In this document: in pieces, positions 36,310 through 46,490 of the stretch | How positions within the stretch are numbered: the first letter of the stretch is position 1 | Layout: each line of letters opens with the position of its first letter | DNA from: an uncultured SAR86 cluster bacterium | Lineage (GTDB): Bacteria; Pseudomonadota; Gammaproteobacteria; Magnimaribacterales; D2472 | NCBI GenBank assembly: GCA_902512655.1 | Contig: CABXJR010000002.1 | Location: 66,867 to 130,866, forward strand | Direction of reading: 5' to 3' | Length of the DNA: 64,000 nt | Notes under the pieces: generated by a model | The model's input: only the letters and a program-made list of their open reading frames with translations | What the model was told of the DNA's origin: nothing | The model's database searches: none | Program-made: the position numbers and the translations under genes

Positions 36310-39183
36310 TTAAAAATTCATTCCAAAGTTAATTCCAAAGATCTTAGGATCTAGAGCAACACCATTTTGGAAACCACCAACAGTCACATCTGTTGAGTAG
36401 TATGCATAAACATGATCTTCATCACCCAGGTTTCTAACGTAAGCTCCAAAGAACCACTTTTCAGAAACAGGAGTATATTTAAGAGATAAATCAATGAGAC
36501 TTACATCCTCAATATGACCACGAGATCTATTAAATGCAGTACTGTAATAATCATCCCTGTATGAATAATCCACTCTAAATGCCCATGAACCCGCAGCTGT
36601 ATCTACAAACTTAGTTACACCAAGTCTATAGTTCAACTCTGCAGCCATAGGAAGAGAATTACCAGATAAATCTGCCTCAACTCCATCTGTAATCGGGCAT
36701 GGCAATGTTGTTGAATCTAAGCCAAAGAATGGTGCTGTACATAAAGGTCCAAAAGATTTAAACACATATCCGGCATCAGTCGGTGTATATAAAACCAGAG
36801 CTCCAAGTAAAGCGTTAGAAGCTGCTAATCCTAATGCACAGTTAGCACTTGAAGGCGCTGGAAGTAGAGCCGGATTACATGTTGCTGCCAGAGGTTTAAA
36901 GTCTGATAAGAAACCTGTTGCTCCAGCTGGTAACGGAAGCTTTTTAGTCGCCTGATTAATATTCAGAGGATCGACAGATTTGAAGTCCTCAATTTCTGTG
37001 CTTGTATTAGATATAAAACCGTCAATCATCAAGGTTTCAGATAACAATAATGTAAATTCTGCTTCTATGCCCTCAATTTTCACATCGGCATTTTGGTTAA
37101 TGGAAGCACGATTAACAATTTGTGAAAGCTGAAGACCTTCATAATCATTGGTGTATGCAGATACATTTAATTGCAGAGCTCCATCCATAAGAGAGCTCTT
37201 TAACCCTACCTCGAACACATTTGCAACCTCTGAATCAAAATTTTCCAGGCCTGCAATATCAGTAGTGTTAAATCCACCTGGTTTAAACCCAGTTGAATAG
37301 GTTGCATAAAGAAGTTGATTATCATTGAGACTATGGTCTATACCAATCTTATAAGTTGACTCCTCAGCCGCATAACTTCTTGGTATTGGAGCCGGTTTGA
37401 CTGAACCATAATACCCAGCACCTTGGTTTTGCAGGTCAAGCAAAGAGTTGAATGCCTTATCATTAATTTCATACTCTGTGTAACGAGCACCAATTGTCAG
37501 ACTTGTAACATCACTAAGATCATAATAAATCTCACCATAAACAGCCTCACTGCTTCTGTTGATGTTACTGTCAACATGGAAATATTGCTGCCATTCAGCC
37601 AAATGCATTGGGCCAATACTTGCATCGGCATTTCCTTTACCGCCATTCTTAGCAGTATTTAAGACATAACCTTGAGCCTGAGCTGGAGGTAATAATCCTG
37701 CCATAACCATTTGCGTTGCTTGCGCAGATGCTACTGGTAAAGTCTGGAACCAACCCAACCAGAATGGAGTTCCACCATATGGAGCAGCATCTGGGAAGAT
37801 TGCACCAATCGGTCCAGTGGAAACATCACTCCAGTAACTCATGTATGGAGTTCCGATGTTGTAATTGGTTTCGCTATCACTAGCAGAAGCAAAAAGACCG
37901 AAAGTGAAATTAAATGCACCATCATAGTCAGATGAGAATCTTAGTTCATACTGTTCCCACTCAGCTTCATTAAAAGCCCTATCCATGGCTTGGTCACTTG
38001 TATAAGTTTTCATGCCAAGACCTGCACCAGCCATATTGCCTTTAGTTGTATCATAGAAAATATTAGATGTAATTGGACCCATGGAATATGGAACCACTGA
38101 TACAGCATGATCGTAATCAGCAAAATCTTCGTACTCTCTAGTGTGATATGAATAAGTAAAGACCATGTTAATGGTGTCTGATAGAGCGCTATTAATTTCA
38201 AATACAGTGTTTTGAAGCGTAGCCTCATGAGTTGGCTCAAAATCAAGATTAACGCTTCTTAAATCAGAAGAAGGGTTGTTTTCATAGATTGTGTAATCCA
38301 AAGCTGTGTTCTGATATTGTATGTAAGGGACCCAGTGACCATAACTACCAGGTGACCATACAGCATCATTTCCATTTTCATATGGGCTACAGCCAAAAAA
38401 TGTATCTTGCTTACAGAACTGTCTTGCGGCTCTTAGCCTATTATCATCTGCTTGAGTTGTCTCATATATCAAAGACATGGTTGTGTCATCTGAGTAATCA
38501 AACTCAAAAGACATCCTTGCAGCTTGAGTATTCCTGTCATCAAGCTTATTGCCTGTATGAGAATTGGTTACAAAACCCTCTCTTTGCAATGAAGCAAATG
38601 CAAACCTTGATCTTAATCTATCTGAAAGAGGTAAATTAACAGCTCCTTCCATTCGCAATGAATCATAATCAGCAATATCAGCCTTAAAATATCCACCAAC
38701 TTCAGCGTCAGGTCTTTTTGTAATCATTTGGATCAAACCACCAGTGGTTCCTGCTCCGAACAATGATCCTTGTGGTCCACGCAGAACCTCTACACGCTCA
38801 ACATCAAAAAGTTCTGCCTCATAAAGTCCACTAGCAGATGCGCTTTGACCATTCCAGAAGTAACCAATACTCGCACTTGTAGAGTTACCCACAGCGAAAT
38901 TACCGATACCCCTAAGAGTAATACCTGCGCCTGAATAAGCTCCCTTTGCAAAACCTAATGTTGGAACTGCAAACTGAAGATCTTCAAAGTTTTCAATTTG
39001 TTTTACCTCAAGATCAGCGCCTGTTATCGCAGTAATGGTAATCGCAGTATCTTGTAGATTTGTTTCTTTTCTTAAAGCTGTAATGACAACTTCTTCAATC
39101 TCTCGAGCTGAATTCTCTTGAGCTATTGAAGGTACTGCACTAAAAGTAAATGCTAATAAAAAAGCATAGAAATATCTGTTCAT
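36310..39183 (-). CDS. TonB-dependent outer-membrane receptor
   Basis: 957 aa. It has a signal peptide (MNRYFYAFLLAFTFSAVPSIAQE) and a plug region (EEVVITA...VERVEVLRGPQGSLFGAGTTGGLI). The beta-barrel ends in the terminal aromatic ...FGINFGMNF. A strong SD (AAGGGGGA) is present. Confidence 0.93.
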   Translation of the reverse strand: MNRYFYAFLLAFTFSAVPSIAQENSAREIEEVVITALRKETNLQDTAITITAITGADLEVKQIENFEDLQFAVPTLGFAKGAYSGAGITLRGIGNFAVGNSTSASIGYFWNGQSASASGLYEAELFDVERVEVLRGPQGSLFGAGTTGGLIQMITKRPDAEVGGYFKADIADYDSLRMEGAVNLPLSDRLRSRFAFASLQREGFVTNSHTGNKLDDRNTQAARMSFEFDYSDDTTMSLIYETTQADDNRLRAARQFCKQDTFFGCSPYENGNDAVWSPGSYGHWVPYIQYQNTALDYTIYENNPSSDLRSVNLDFEPTHEATLQNTVFEINSALSDTINMVFTYSYHTREYEDFADYDHAVSVVPYSMGPITSNIFYDTTKGNMAGAGLGMKTYTSDQAMDRAFNEAEWEQYELRFSSDYDGAFNFTFGLFASASDSETNYNIGTPYMSYWSDVSTGPIGAIFPDAAPYGGTPFWLGWFQTLPVASAQATQMVMAGLLPPAQAQGYVLNTAKNGGKGNADASIGPMHLAEWQQYFHVDSNINRSSEAVYGEIYYDLSDVTSLTIGARYTEYEINDKAFNSLLDLQNQGAGYYGSVKPAPIPRSYAAEESTYKIGIDHSLNDNQLLYATYSTGFKPGGFNTTDIAGLENFDSEVANVFEVGLKSSLMDGALQLNVSAYTNDYEGLQLSQIVNRASINQNADVKIEGIEAEFTLLLSETLMIDGFISNTSTEIEDFKSVDPLNINQATKKLPLPAGATGFLSDFKPLAATCNPALLPAPSSANCALGLAASNALLGALVLYTPTDAGYVFKSFGPLCTAPFFGLDSTTLPCPITDGVEADLSGNSLPMAAELNYRLGVTKFVDTAAGSWAFRVDYSYRDDYYSTAFNRSRGHIEDVSLIDLSLKYTPVSEKWFFGAYVRNLGDEDHVYAYYSTDVTVGGFQNGVALDPKIFGINFGMNF

Positions 39184-39311
39184 AATCTTCCCCCTTAAAG
39201 TTGATTGATTGAACTAGTAAATGCATGATATACCTAATGGTAAAGGCATTGCAATGGTTATGTGGTTGCTATTTTATTATATCTTTTACTTATAAGGTAA
39301 ATAAATATTAC

Positions 39312-40511
39312 TTATTTTAGTTGAGAGGAGCTTTTACCCAAAACTTGCCTTGCTACAATCAATTGCTGGATTTGTTGGGTGCCCTCAAAAATATCAAGAA
39401 TTTTTGAATCACGTGAGAACTTTTCAAGCAAATGATCCTCTGAAAAACCCTGCATAGAGCAAATTTCAACGCACTTTAAAGAAATTCTATTGCCAATTCT
39501 GCCCGCTTTGGCCTTGCCCATGGATGCTTCTTTAGAATTAGGCATTTTGTTGTCCATCATCCAAGCTGATTTATAAACCAGCAATCTTGCTGCTTCTAAT
39601 TCGGCTTCAAGCATCTCTAATTCATTTTGAATGGCTGTTTGTTGGTGCATAGATCGACCAAAATTATCTTCATAACCCTCTTCGGTTAGCAAAGCTCTGG
39701 TCATATCCAATGCGGCCTGACCTAGACCGATTGCCATTCCAGCAACCATGGGTCGCGTGTTGTCAAAAGTTTGCATGGCACCACCAAATGATTTTTTGGC
39801 AGCATTAATATCTGTTTCAATTTCTTCCTTACCACCAAGCAAATTTTCACGAGGTATTCTGCAATTATCAAAAATTAAAGTTGCAGTATCAGATGCTCTG
39901 ATACCCAATTTCTTTTCAAGCCTTGCAACGGTAAATCCTGGGGTACCTTTTTCAACAATGAATGATCTAATTGCTGTTTTACCCATATCCTTGTTTAAGG
40001 TTGCCCAAACGACAACACAATCACATCGATCTCCATCAGTAACATAGATCTTTTCTCCATTTAAAACCCACTCATCTCCTTCCAAGACAGCGGTTGTTGA
40101 GATATTTTTTGAGTCTGAGCCGGCAGCAGGTTCTGTTATTGCCATAGCAGCCCATCTTTTTCCCCACAAAGCTTTTTGCTCTTGGTTGCCAACCGCCATG
40201 ATGGCAGCATTTCCCAATCCAGTGCCTGGCCTAGCAAGAAATAGACCGACATCACCCCAGCACATTTGCTCTAAAGAGATTACAGCCCATAGACTTCTTC
40301 CACCCAAATCCATTGACTTTACAGAATCATCACCCACACCACTTTCTTTTTTTTGCGCTGCAGCAGCTTGATTAAGTTGCTCCATTTCAAGGGGCGGTTC
40401 GTGCTCTGCCTTATCATACTTCCTGGAAATAGGACGTAATATAAATTCCGCAGCCATTCTCATGGTCTCTTGAGTTTTTTGTAATTGATTGGGTAAAAGT
40501 GGATGTATCAT
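39312..40511 (-). CDS. Acyl-CoA dehydrogenase, canonical-motif subunit
   Basis: It retains ITEPAAGSD, LNGEKIYVTDG and the catalytic-base region IFEGTQQIQ. ATG 40511 lies 1 nt after the upstream stop. The track's TTG 40535 would overlap by 23 nt. Confidence 0.88.
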   Translation of the reverse strand: MIHPLLPNQLQKTQETMRMAAEFILRPISRKYDKAEHEPPLEMEQLNQAAAAQKKESGVGDDSVKSMDLGGRSLWAVISLEQMCWGDVGLFLARPGTGLGNAAIMAVGNQEQKALWGKRWAAMAITEPAAGSDSKNISTTAVLEGDEWVLNGEKIYVTDGDRCDCVVVWATLNKDMGKTAIRSFIVEKGTPGFTVARLEKKLGIRASDTATLIFDNCRIPRENLLGGKEEIETDINAAKKSFGGAMQTFDNTRPMVAGMAIGLGQAALDMTRALLTEEGYEDNFGRSMHQQTAIQNELEMLEAELEAARLLVYKSAWMMDNKMPNSKEASMGKAKAGRIGNRISLKCVEICSMQGFSEDHLLEKFSRDSKILDIFEGTQQIQQLIVARQVLGKSSSQLK

Positions 40512-40512
40512 T

Positions 40513-41634
40513 TTAAACTCCTGCGCCTCCTTCAAATATACCGATGGCTCTTAAATTTCTGTACCAAAGTTCAACAGGATGCTCATGAGTAAAACCATGA
40601 CCTCCAAGCAATTGGACGCCATCAGTTCCAATTTTCATTCCGTGATGGGTGGCAAATCGATATGTAAGCGATGCCTGCTTATGAAAGTCTTCACCAAGGT
40701 CCTTCAAGGCAGCAGCTTTATATATCATTAACCTTAAGGCTTCAGTTTCAATTGCCATATCAGCAATCATGAAGGCTACCGACTGTCGATTTGAAATGGG
40801 CTCATCAAAAGCAACTCGCTCATTGGTGTATGGAACAACATAATCTAAAACAGCTTGACAGACCCCCAGCGCTAGAGCTGACATGCCAATTCGAGAAGAA
40901 TCTACAAGCGATTCATAGTTAATAGAGTAATTGTGTCCGCCGAGTTTCTGTGAAGCATTAATTTTGCAATTAGATAAATTAATTTGTGATAAAGGCGCGC
41001 CCTTTAAGCCCATAAACTCCTTGTCTTCAATTTCGACTCCCTCTTGATCTTTATTAACAAAATATAAATTGCATTCGCCTGATTCATTGGATGCAGAAAT
41101 CAAAAAAGTGTTGGCTTCATTTGCAAAGGCAACACCGGTTTTCGATCCATTGAGAATAATTTCTTCGCCACTCTCATCTGCAGTAACGCTTGATTGATAT
41201 GGATCAGTAGCAAGCATAGTGTTATTAATACCAAGGCCCACATGAAAAATTGATCCATTGACAAACATAGGCAAAAGTTCTGCTTTCTGCTCTTCACTAC
41301 CATGCTCTGAAATAATTTGAGCAGTCAACAAAGGAATAGACACGGACATTGCTAGTGATAGGTCTCCATATGCAAGTGCTTCAAGGGCCAAAGCATTTGA
41401 AACAGAGTCCTGCTCCAATCCCATCCCGCCATATGCCTCAGGGATGATGAGAGGAATAAGATCCAAAGATTTAATTTTCTCAAGCAATTCATCGCTAGGC
41501 CTGCCATCGCTCTCAGCCTGTCTCGCATGAGGTCGAAGCTCAGTTTCACCAAATTTTCTGAGCATATCCCATGTCATTTGTTGATCCTCAGAAAGAGTGA
41601 TGTCAAATGGATGTTCTGTGTTGTAGTCTTGCAT
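40513..41634 (-). CDS. Acyl-CoA dehydrogenase family protein with degenerate FAD/substrate motifs
   Basis: 373 aa. The ACAD fold is recognisable (PEAYGGMG..., LNGSKTG..., GGHGFTHEHPVELWYRNLR). However, GINNTMLATDPYQSS replaces TEPxAGSD. The protein ends 8 aa after the FEG position. Confidence 0.8.
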   Translation of the reverse strand: MQDYNTEHPFDITLSEDQQMTWDMLRKFGETELRPHARQAESDGRPSDELLEKIKSLDLIPLIIPEAYGGMGLEQDSVSNALALEALAYGDLSLAMSVSIPLLTAQIISEHGSEEQKAELLPMFVNGSIFHVGLGINNTMLATDPYQSSVTADESGEEIILNGSKTGVAFANEANTFLISASNESGECNLYFVNKDQEGVEIEDKEFMGLKGAPLSQINLSNCKINASQKLGGHNYSINYESLVDSSRIGMSALALGVCQAVLDYVVPYTNERVAFDEPISNRQSVAFMIADMAIETEALRLMIYKAAALKDLGEDFHKQASLTYRFATHHGMKIGTDGVQLLGGHGFTHEHPVELWYRNLRAIGIFEGGAGV

Positions 41635-41797
41635 CAGATTTTTGTGTTGAATTTAACTCTTGATTGCTTGTAAAAGTAAAGCATTGTGTAAAGATGTTAA
41701 AGGTATTGATTGGTCAAATCAATGACTATCAATATGACGAATATTTAAAAATTTGAATTATAAAAAAACACTAATATTTCTAATTAAAGTTTAAAAG

Positions 41798-42451
41798 ATG
41801 ACAAAGGCAGAACGAGCTTCAATTGTACAAAAAATTTTAGAGGAATATTATCCTGCAACTCCTGTACCGCTTGATCATGAAGATAATTTCACGCTTCTAG
41901 TTGCAGTTCTGCTATCTGCCCAATGCACAGATGAAAGAGTGAACAAGGTAACTCCTAAACTTTTCCAGCTGGCAGATAACCCAAGAGATATGAGCACCAA
42001 AAGCCCAGAGGAAATATATGACATTATTAAACCCTGCGGTTTAGGGCCTCAAAAATCTAAAGCTATACATAAACTTTCCAATATCTTATGCGATACCTAC
42101 AAAGGAGAAGTTCCTGAGGATATTAAAGCGCTAGAGAAACTCCCAGGAGTTGGTCATAAAACCGCATCAGTTGTAATTAGTCAGGGGTTTGGACAACCAG
42201 CATTTCCTGTAGATACCCATGTCCATAGACTGGCTCAAAGATGGGGTCTAACCAAGGGAAAAAATGTCCAACAAACCGAAAAGGATCTAAAAAAAATATT
42301 TCCAAAAGATTCTTGGAACAAGCTTCATCTTCAAATCATCTTTTGGGGAAGAGAATTTTGCCAGGCACAACAATGCCATGGAATTACTTGTAAAATTTGT
42401 AAGGCAACTTTTCCCAAAAGATCGCATCCTTTTTCCCACAAGAAGCCGTAG
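41798..42451 (+). CDS. nth: Endonuclease III
   Basis: 217 aa. It has the HhH region LPGVGHKTASVV, the catalytic region VDTHVHR and a C-terminal Cys cluster (CQAQQCHGITCKIC). Confidence 0.92.
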   Translation: MTKAERASIVQKILEEYYPATPVPLDHEDNFTLLVAVLLSAQCTDERVNKVTPKLFQLADNPRDMSTKSPEEIYDIIKPCGLGPQKSKAIHKLSNILCDTYKGEVPEDIKALEKLPGVGHKTASVVISQGFGQPAFPVDTHVHRLAQRWGLTKGKNVQQTEKDLKKIFPKDSWNKLHLQIIFWGREFCQAQQCHGITCKICKATFPKRSHPFSHKKP

Positions 42452-42513
42452 ATAATCTAGAATAAGGTTCTCAAACTTTTTAATTAAAATTATAAGTATT
42501 TTTGGAGTAATCA

Positions 42514-43788
42514 ATGGAATCTCAAGCTGATTCAATCTTTGCTAATTCACAGAACATAGAAAAATATGATGCCGAGCTTTGGCAGGCTCTTAATCAAGAA
42601 TCTACTCGCCAAGAAGAGCACATTGAACTCATAGCATCTGAAAATTATGCCAGCCAGAGAGTAATGGAGGCACAAGGAGGAGTACTTACAAATAAATACG
42701 CTGAGGGCTATCCTCATAAAAGATACTATGGTGGTTGCGAAAATGTAGATATAGCAGAAGAATTAGCCATTAATAGAGCTAAAAAACTCTTTAAGGCGGA
42801 TTATGCAAATGTTCAACCTCATTCTGGATCCTCAGCAAACGCGGCTGCGTTTTTAGCTATGCTTGAACCAAATGATACGATTCTTGGAATGAGCCTTGAT
42901 CACGGAGGCCACTTAACTCATGGAGCAAAGGTAAATTTTTCAGGTAAAAACTACACGGCATTTCAATACGGCCTTCATCCAGAAACACATGACATCGATT
43001 ACGATCATGTTAGGGATTTAGCCAAAAAACATAACCCGAAAATGATCATTGCTGGTTTTTCAGCCTTTTCAGGAACTATAGATTGGAAGATTTTTAGAGA
43101 TATTGCTGATGAAACAGGTTCTTATTTTCTTGTTGACATGGCGCATGTATCAGGTCTGGTTGCGGCCGGTCTGTACCCCTCACCTGTTCCTTATGCTGAC
43201 GTGGTGACTTCTACTACTCATAAAACACTGAGAGGTCCAAGATCGGGAATTATCATTGCAAAATCAAATGAGGCTTTAGAAAAAAAACTAAACTCAGCTG
43301 TATTTCCTGGATCTCAAGGTGGGCCACTTATGCATGTCATAGCAGCAAAAGCAGTATGCTTTAAAGAAGCCCTTGAGCCAGATTTCAAGCAATACATGCA
43401 ACGTGTGATTGATAATGCGAAACTAATGTGCAAAGTTATTCAGGACCGTGGCATTAATGTTGTCACTGGTAAAACTGATAATCATATCGTCTTAATGGAT
43501 TTGATAAGCAAAGGGTTGACTGGCAAAGATTGTGAGCTAGCTTTAGGAAAAGCAAATATAACTGTTAATAAAAATGCAGTTCCGGATGATCCGCAGTCAC
43601 CATTTGTAACTTCAGGAATAAGATTGGGTACACCTGCTGTTACCACTAGGGGTTTTGGAAATGATGAAGTGGAGCTATTAACTAATTGGATCTGCGATAT
43701 TGTTCTTGACCTTGGCAATGCTGATAAAATTAATCTCATCAAAGATCAAGTAGTTCAACTATGTAGAAACTTTCCGGTATATAAATAA
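42514..43788 (+). CDS. glyA: Serine hydroxymethyltransferase
   Basis: 424 aa. The PLP-lysine motif is [14 protein letters not shown]. Confidence 0.97.
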   Translation: MESQADSIFANSQNIEKYDAELWQALNQESTRQEEHIELIASENYASQRVMEAQGGVLTNKYAEGYPHKRYYGGCENVDIAEELAINRAKKLFKADYANVQPHSGSSANAAAFLAMLEPNDTILGMSLDHGGHLTHGAKVNFSGKNYTAFQYGLHPETHDIDYDHVRDLAKKHNPKMIIAGFSAFSGTIDWKIFRDIADETGSYFLVDMAHVSGLVAAGLYPSPVPYADVVTSTTHKTLRGPRSGIIIAKSNEALEKKLNSAVFPGSQGGPLMHVIAAKAVCFKEALEPDFKQYMQRVIDNAKLMCKVIQDRGINVVTGKTDNHIVLMDLISKGLTGKDCELALGKANITVNKNAVPDDPQSPFVTSGIRLGTPAVTTRGFGNDEVELLTNWICDIVLDLGNADKINLIKDQVVQLCRNFPVYK

Positions 43789-43790
43789 AA

Positions 43791-44270
43791 ATGTTTTGTC
43801 CTTTCTGCCAAGCCCAAGATACCAAAGTTATTGATTCAAGGCTTGTTGGTGATGGCTCGCAAATTAGAAGAAGGAGAGAATGTGAAGTCTGTCATGCAAG
43901 GTTTACAACCTTTGAGACTGCTGATCTTGCCCTGCCTAGGATCGTTAAAAGTGATGGGGAAAGACAGCCATTCAATGGAGTTAAGTTGAAAGGCGGGATG
44001 CTTAGAGCCCTTGAAAAAAGGCCTTTATCTGCTGAAGAAGTGGATGGAGTGTTTGGAAGTATTTTGACTGAAATTCGTCAGCTCGGCGAAAGGGAAATAG
44101 CCTCGCGCCAGCTTGGTGAAATCGTTATGCGAAATTTAAAAAGAGTTGATCAGGTTGCTTACGTAAGGTTTGCGTCTGTGTATCGTGACTTCCAAGATAT
44201 TAAAGAGTTTGCAGACGAAATATCTTCTTTATCTAAAGAAAAGCCGAAAAGAACAAAAAAGAAAAAATGA
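43791..44270 (+). CDS. nrdR: Transcriptional repressor NrdR
   Basis: 159 aa. It has the zinc ribbon [17 protein letters not shown]...CEVC and an ATP-cone domain. Confidence 0.95.
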   Translation: MFCPFCQAQDTKVIDSRLVGDGSQIRRRRECEVCHARFTTFETADLALPRIVKSDGERQPFNGVKLKGGMLRALEKRPLSAEEVDGVFGSILTEIRQLGEREIASRQLGEIVMRNLKRVDQVAYVRFASVYRDFQDIKEFADEISSLSKEKPKRTKKKK

Positions 44271-45379
44271 AAGACCTAGACTTTATGGCTAGAGCTATTG
44301 AGCTTGCAAAAAAGGGTCAACTCAACGTTCAGCCAAACCCTATGGTTGGTTGTGTAATTGTAAAAAACAATAAAATAATTGGTGAGGGATGGCATAAGGA
44401 ATATGGCAAAGATCATGCTGAAATAAATGCCATAAAAAACTGTAAGAAAAAATTTGGCGCTAAAAAAGCTCTTAAACTTATTGCTGGATCAAATGTCTAT
44501 GTAAACCTTGAGCCATGCTCAATTGAAAAAAATACCCCTCCATGCTCGAATGCTTTGATTGAATATCAGATTAAAAAGTTTTTCTGCGGAACCCTTGACC
44601 CAAATCCAAAAATTAATGGGCGAGGAATTAAATTACTTAAAAAAGCTGGTATTAAAACAAACATTGGCCTGCTTAAAGATGAGTGCAAAGAATTGAACCG
44701 GGTTTTTTTTACCAATCAAAGAAAGCGTCGTCCCTACATCATCCTTAAAAGCGCCCAATCACTTGATGGGAAAATTGCCCTTAAAAGTGGACAAAGTAAA
44801 TGGATCACAAATCCTGAGTCACGCAAAAATAGTCATCACATTCGATCAAGAGTTAAAGGGATTCTAGTGGGAAGAAATACGGCTGAACAAGATAACCCTT
44901 CGCTTACAGTTCGATTGACTAAGAATGAGTTAGGTTTGGGCAAGGGTGAAGCGATTGAGCAGCCAGTAAAAATTATCCTTGGTAGTCTCAAGAGATCAAA
45001 AAAAGTTAGCAAAATTTTTGCTGGTAATTCAAAAATTATTATTGGGTCTAAGCAATCAGCCAAAAAATCTAAAAATGTAGAGTATTTAGAATACAAGAAG
45101 CAAAATTTCCTAGAGGAATTCCTGCAAGATCTTTTGGATAGAGGTGTATCTAGTATTTTGGTTGAGGGTGGTCAAAAGACTTTAAATGCATTTATTGTTA
45201 ATAATTTATTTGATGAATTGGTGCTATATACTGCACCCATGTTTCTGGGTAAAGAAAGCAAGGATGCTTTGAATCTTAATCCTCCTGATACCATCAGAAC
45301 TTCAATGAAATTAAAGATGGTTAGACTGGAGAGATTTAAAGAGGATATCAAGACAACTTACTACAATAAGAATCTTTGA
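44267..45379 (+). CDS. ribD: Bifunctional riboflavin deaminase/reductase
   Basis: 370 aa. The deaminase motifs are HAEINAI and LEPC...PPC. A C-terminal RibD_C reductase domain is present. Confidence 0.93.
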   Translation: MKDLDFMARAIELAKKGQLNVQPNPMVGCVIVKNNKIIGEGWHKEYGKDHAEINAIKNCKKKFGAKKALKLIAGSNVYVNLEPCSIEKNTPPCSNALIEYQIKKFFCGTLDPNPKINGRGIKLLKKAGIKTNIGLLKDECKELNRVFFTNQRKRRPYIILKSAQSLDGKIALKSGQSKWITNPESRKNSHHIRSRVKGILVGRNTAEQDNPSLTVRLTKNELGLGKGEAIEQPVKIILGSLKRSKKVSKIFAGNSKIIIGSKQSAKKSKNVEYLEYKKQNFLEEFLQDLLDRGVSSILVEGGQKTLNAFIVNNLFDELVLYTAPMFLGKESKDALNLNPPDTIRTSMKLKMVRLERFKEDIKTTYYNKNL

Positions 45380-45413
45380 TTGTTTTTGAGCATTTAATGC
45401 ATATATAAGACAA

Positions 45414-46490
45414 ATGGAATTTAATACAACAGAAGAGATCATTCAGGATATTGCAGCTGGCAAGATAGTTATTTTGCTAGATGATGAAGATAGAGAAAAT
45501 GAAGGTGATTTGGTTTGCGCTGCCGAGCTTGTTGATGATAAAAAAATTAATTTTATGATTAGCAAAGCAAAAGGTTTAGTATGCTTACCACTATCTCCTC
45601 AAAAATGCGATCAACTTAATCTCCCTATGATGACCAATAATAATCGAGCCAAACATGGCACAGGGTTTACTGTTTCCATCGAAGCTGCTGAAGGAATCTC
45701 TACAGGCATTTCTGCTGAAGATAGAGCTAAAACCATAATCGCAGCAGCAAAAAAAAATGCTAAAGCAGGAGATATAGTTCAGCCAGGCCATATTTTTCCA
45801 TTAAGGGCTTTCGAAGGAGGAGTCCTGAGCCGTGCAGGTCATACCGAAGCTGCATGTGATTTAGCAAGACTGGCAGGTCTTGAGGAAGCTGGTGTGATAT
45901 GCGAAATCATGAATGATGATGGAAGCATGGCTCGAAGAGATGATTTAATGAAATTTGCTTCAACTCATGAAATGAAGATTGGGACAATAGCTGATTTAAT
46001 TCATTATCGTACTCTCAAGGAAAAATCTGTTCATCTGGAATACTCAAAATCTGTTGAAATTAATGGTCTTCAGTTTGAGCTTTCTGCATGGCGAGACAGC
46101 ATTTTTGATAATCTCCATTTAGCTTTTGTCAAAGGTGATCTGACTACTTCTGATTCCCCGCTTGTTCGAGTTCATGTTCCCAATACATTGCATGACTTAA
46201 TAGGTATTGAAGAATTTGGTAAAAGACTCAACCTAGAAAAAGCCCTAAAAAGAATCGGGAAAGAGGAATGCGGTGTTTTACTTTTAATTGGCAATTATCA
46301 AAATGCTGACGAGGTTATGAATGATCTTATGGGAACAAAATCATCTGTTAAGCCTGAAACAAAGACCGTGGGCATAGGATCACAAATTCTTAAAGAACTT
46401 GGATTGCAACAAATTAAATTGCTAGGAACGCCAGTAAAATATCCCTCCTTGTCTGGATTTGATCTTGAGGTCACGGGGTTTGAACAATGA
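45414..46490 (+). CDS. ribB: 3,4-dihydroxy-2-butanone-4-phosphate synthase fused to a degenerate GTP-cyclohydrolase-II-like domain (RibBX type)
   Basis: 358 aa. The N-terminal DHBPS motifs are intact (DDEDRENEGDLV, GHTEA). The C-terminal half lacks the SECLTGD/CDCG zinc motifs seen in the standalone RibA at 32758-33342. Confidence 0.88.
   Translation: MEFNTTEEIIQDIAAGKIVILLDDEDRENEGDLVCAAELVDDKKINFMISKAKGLVCLPLSPQKCDQLNLPMMTNNNRAKHGTGFTVSIEAAEGISTGISAEDRAKTIIAAAKKNAKAGDIVQPGHIFPLRAFEGGVLSRAGHTEAACDLARLAGLEEAGVICEIMNDDGSMARRDDLMKFASTHEMKIGTIADLIHYRTLKEKSVHLEYSKSVEINGLQFELSAWRDSIFDNLHLAFVKGDLTTSDSPLVRVHVPNTLHDLIGIEEFGKRLNLEKALKRIGKEECGVLLLIGNYQNADEVMNDLMGTKSSVKPETKTVGIGSQILKELGLQQIKLLGTPVKYPSLSGFDLEVTGFEQ

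Noticed and set aside
39184-39311. A Fur box or cobalamin riboswitch upstream of the TonB-dependent receptor
   Set aside because: I could find no good match to GATAATGATAATCATTATC by eye. The 128-nt region is also too short for a B12 riboswitch. Only a strong SD (AAGGGGGA) is evident.
45380-45413. An FMN riboswitch expected upstream of ribB
   Set aside because: The intergenic space is only 34 nt, far too short for an FMN element. None of the other rib gene upstream regions has room for one either.
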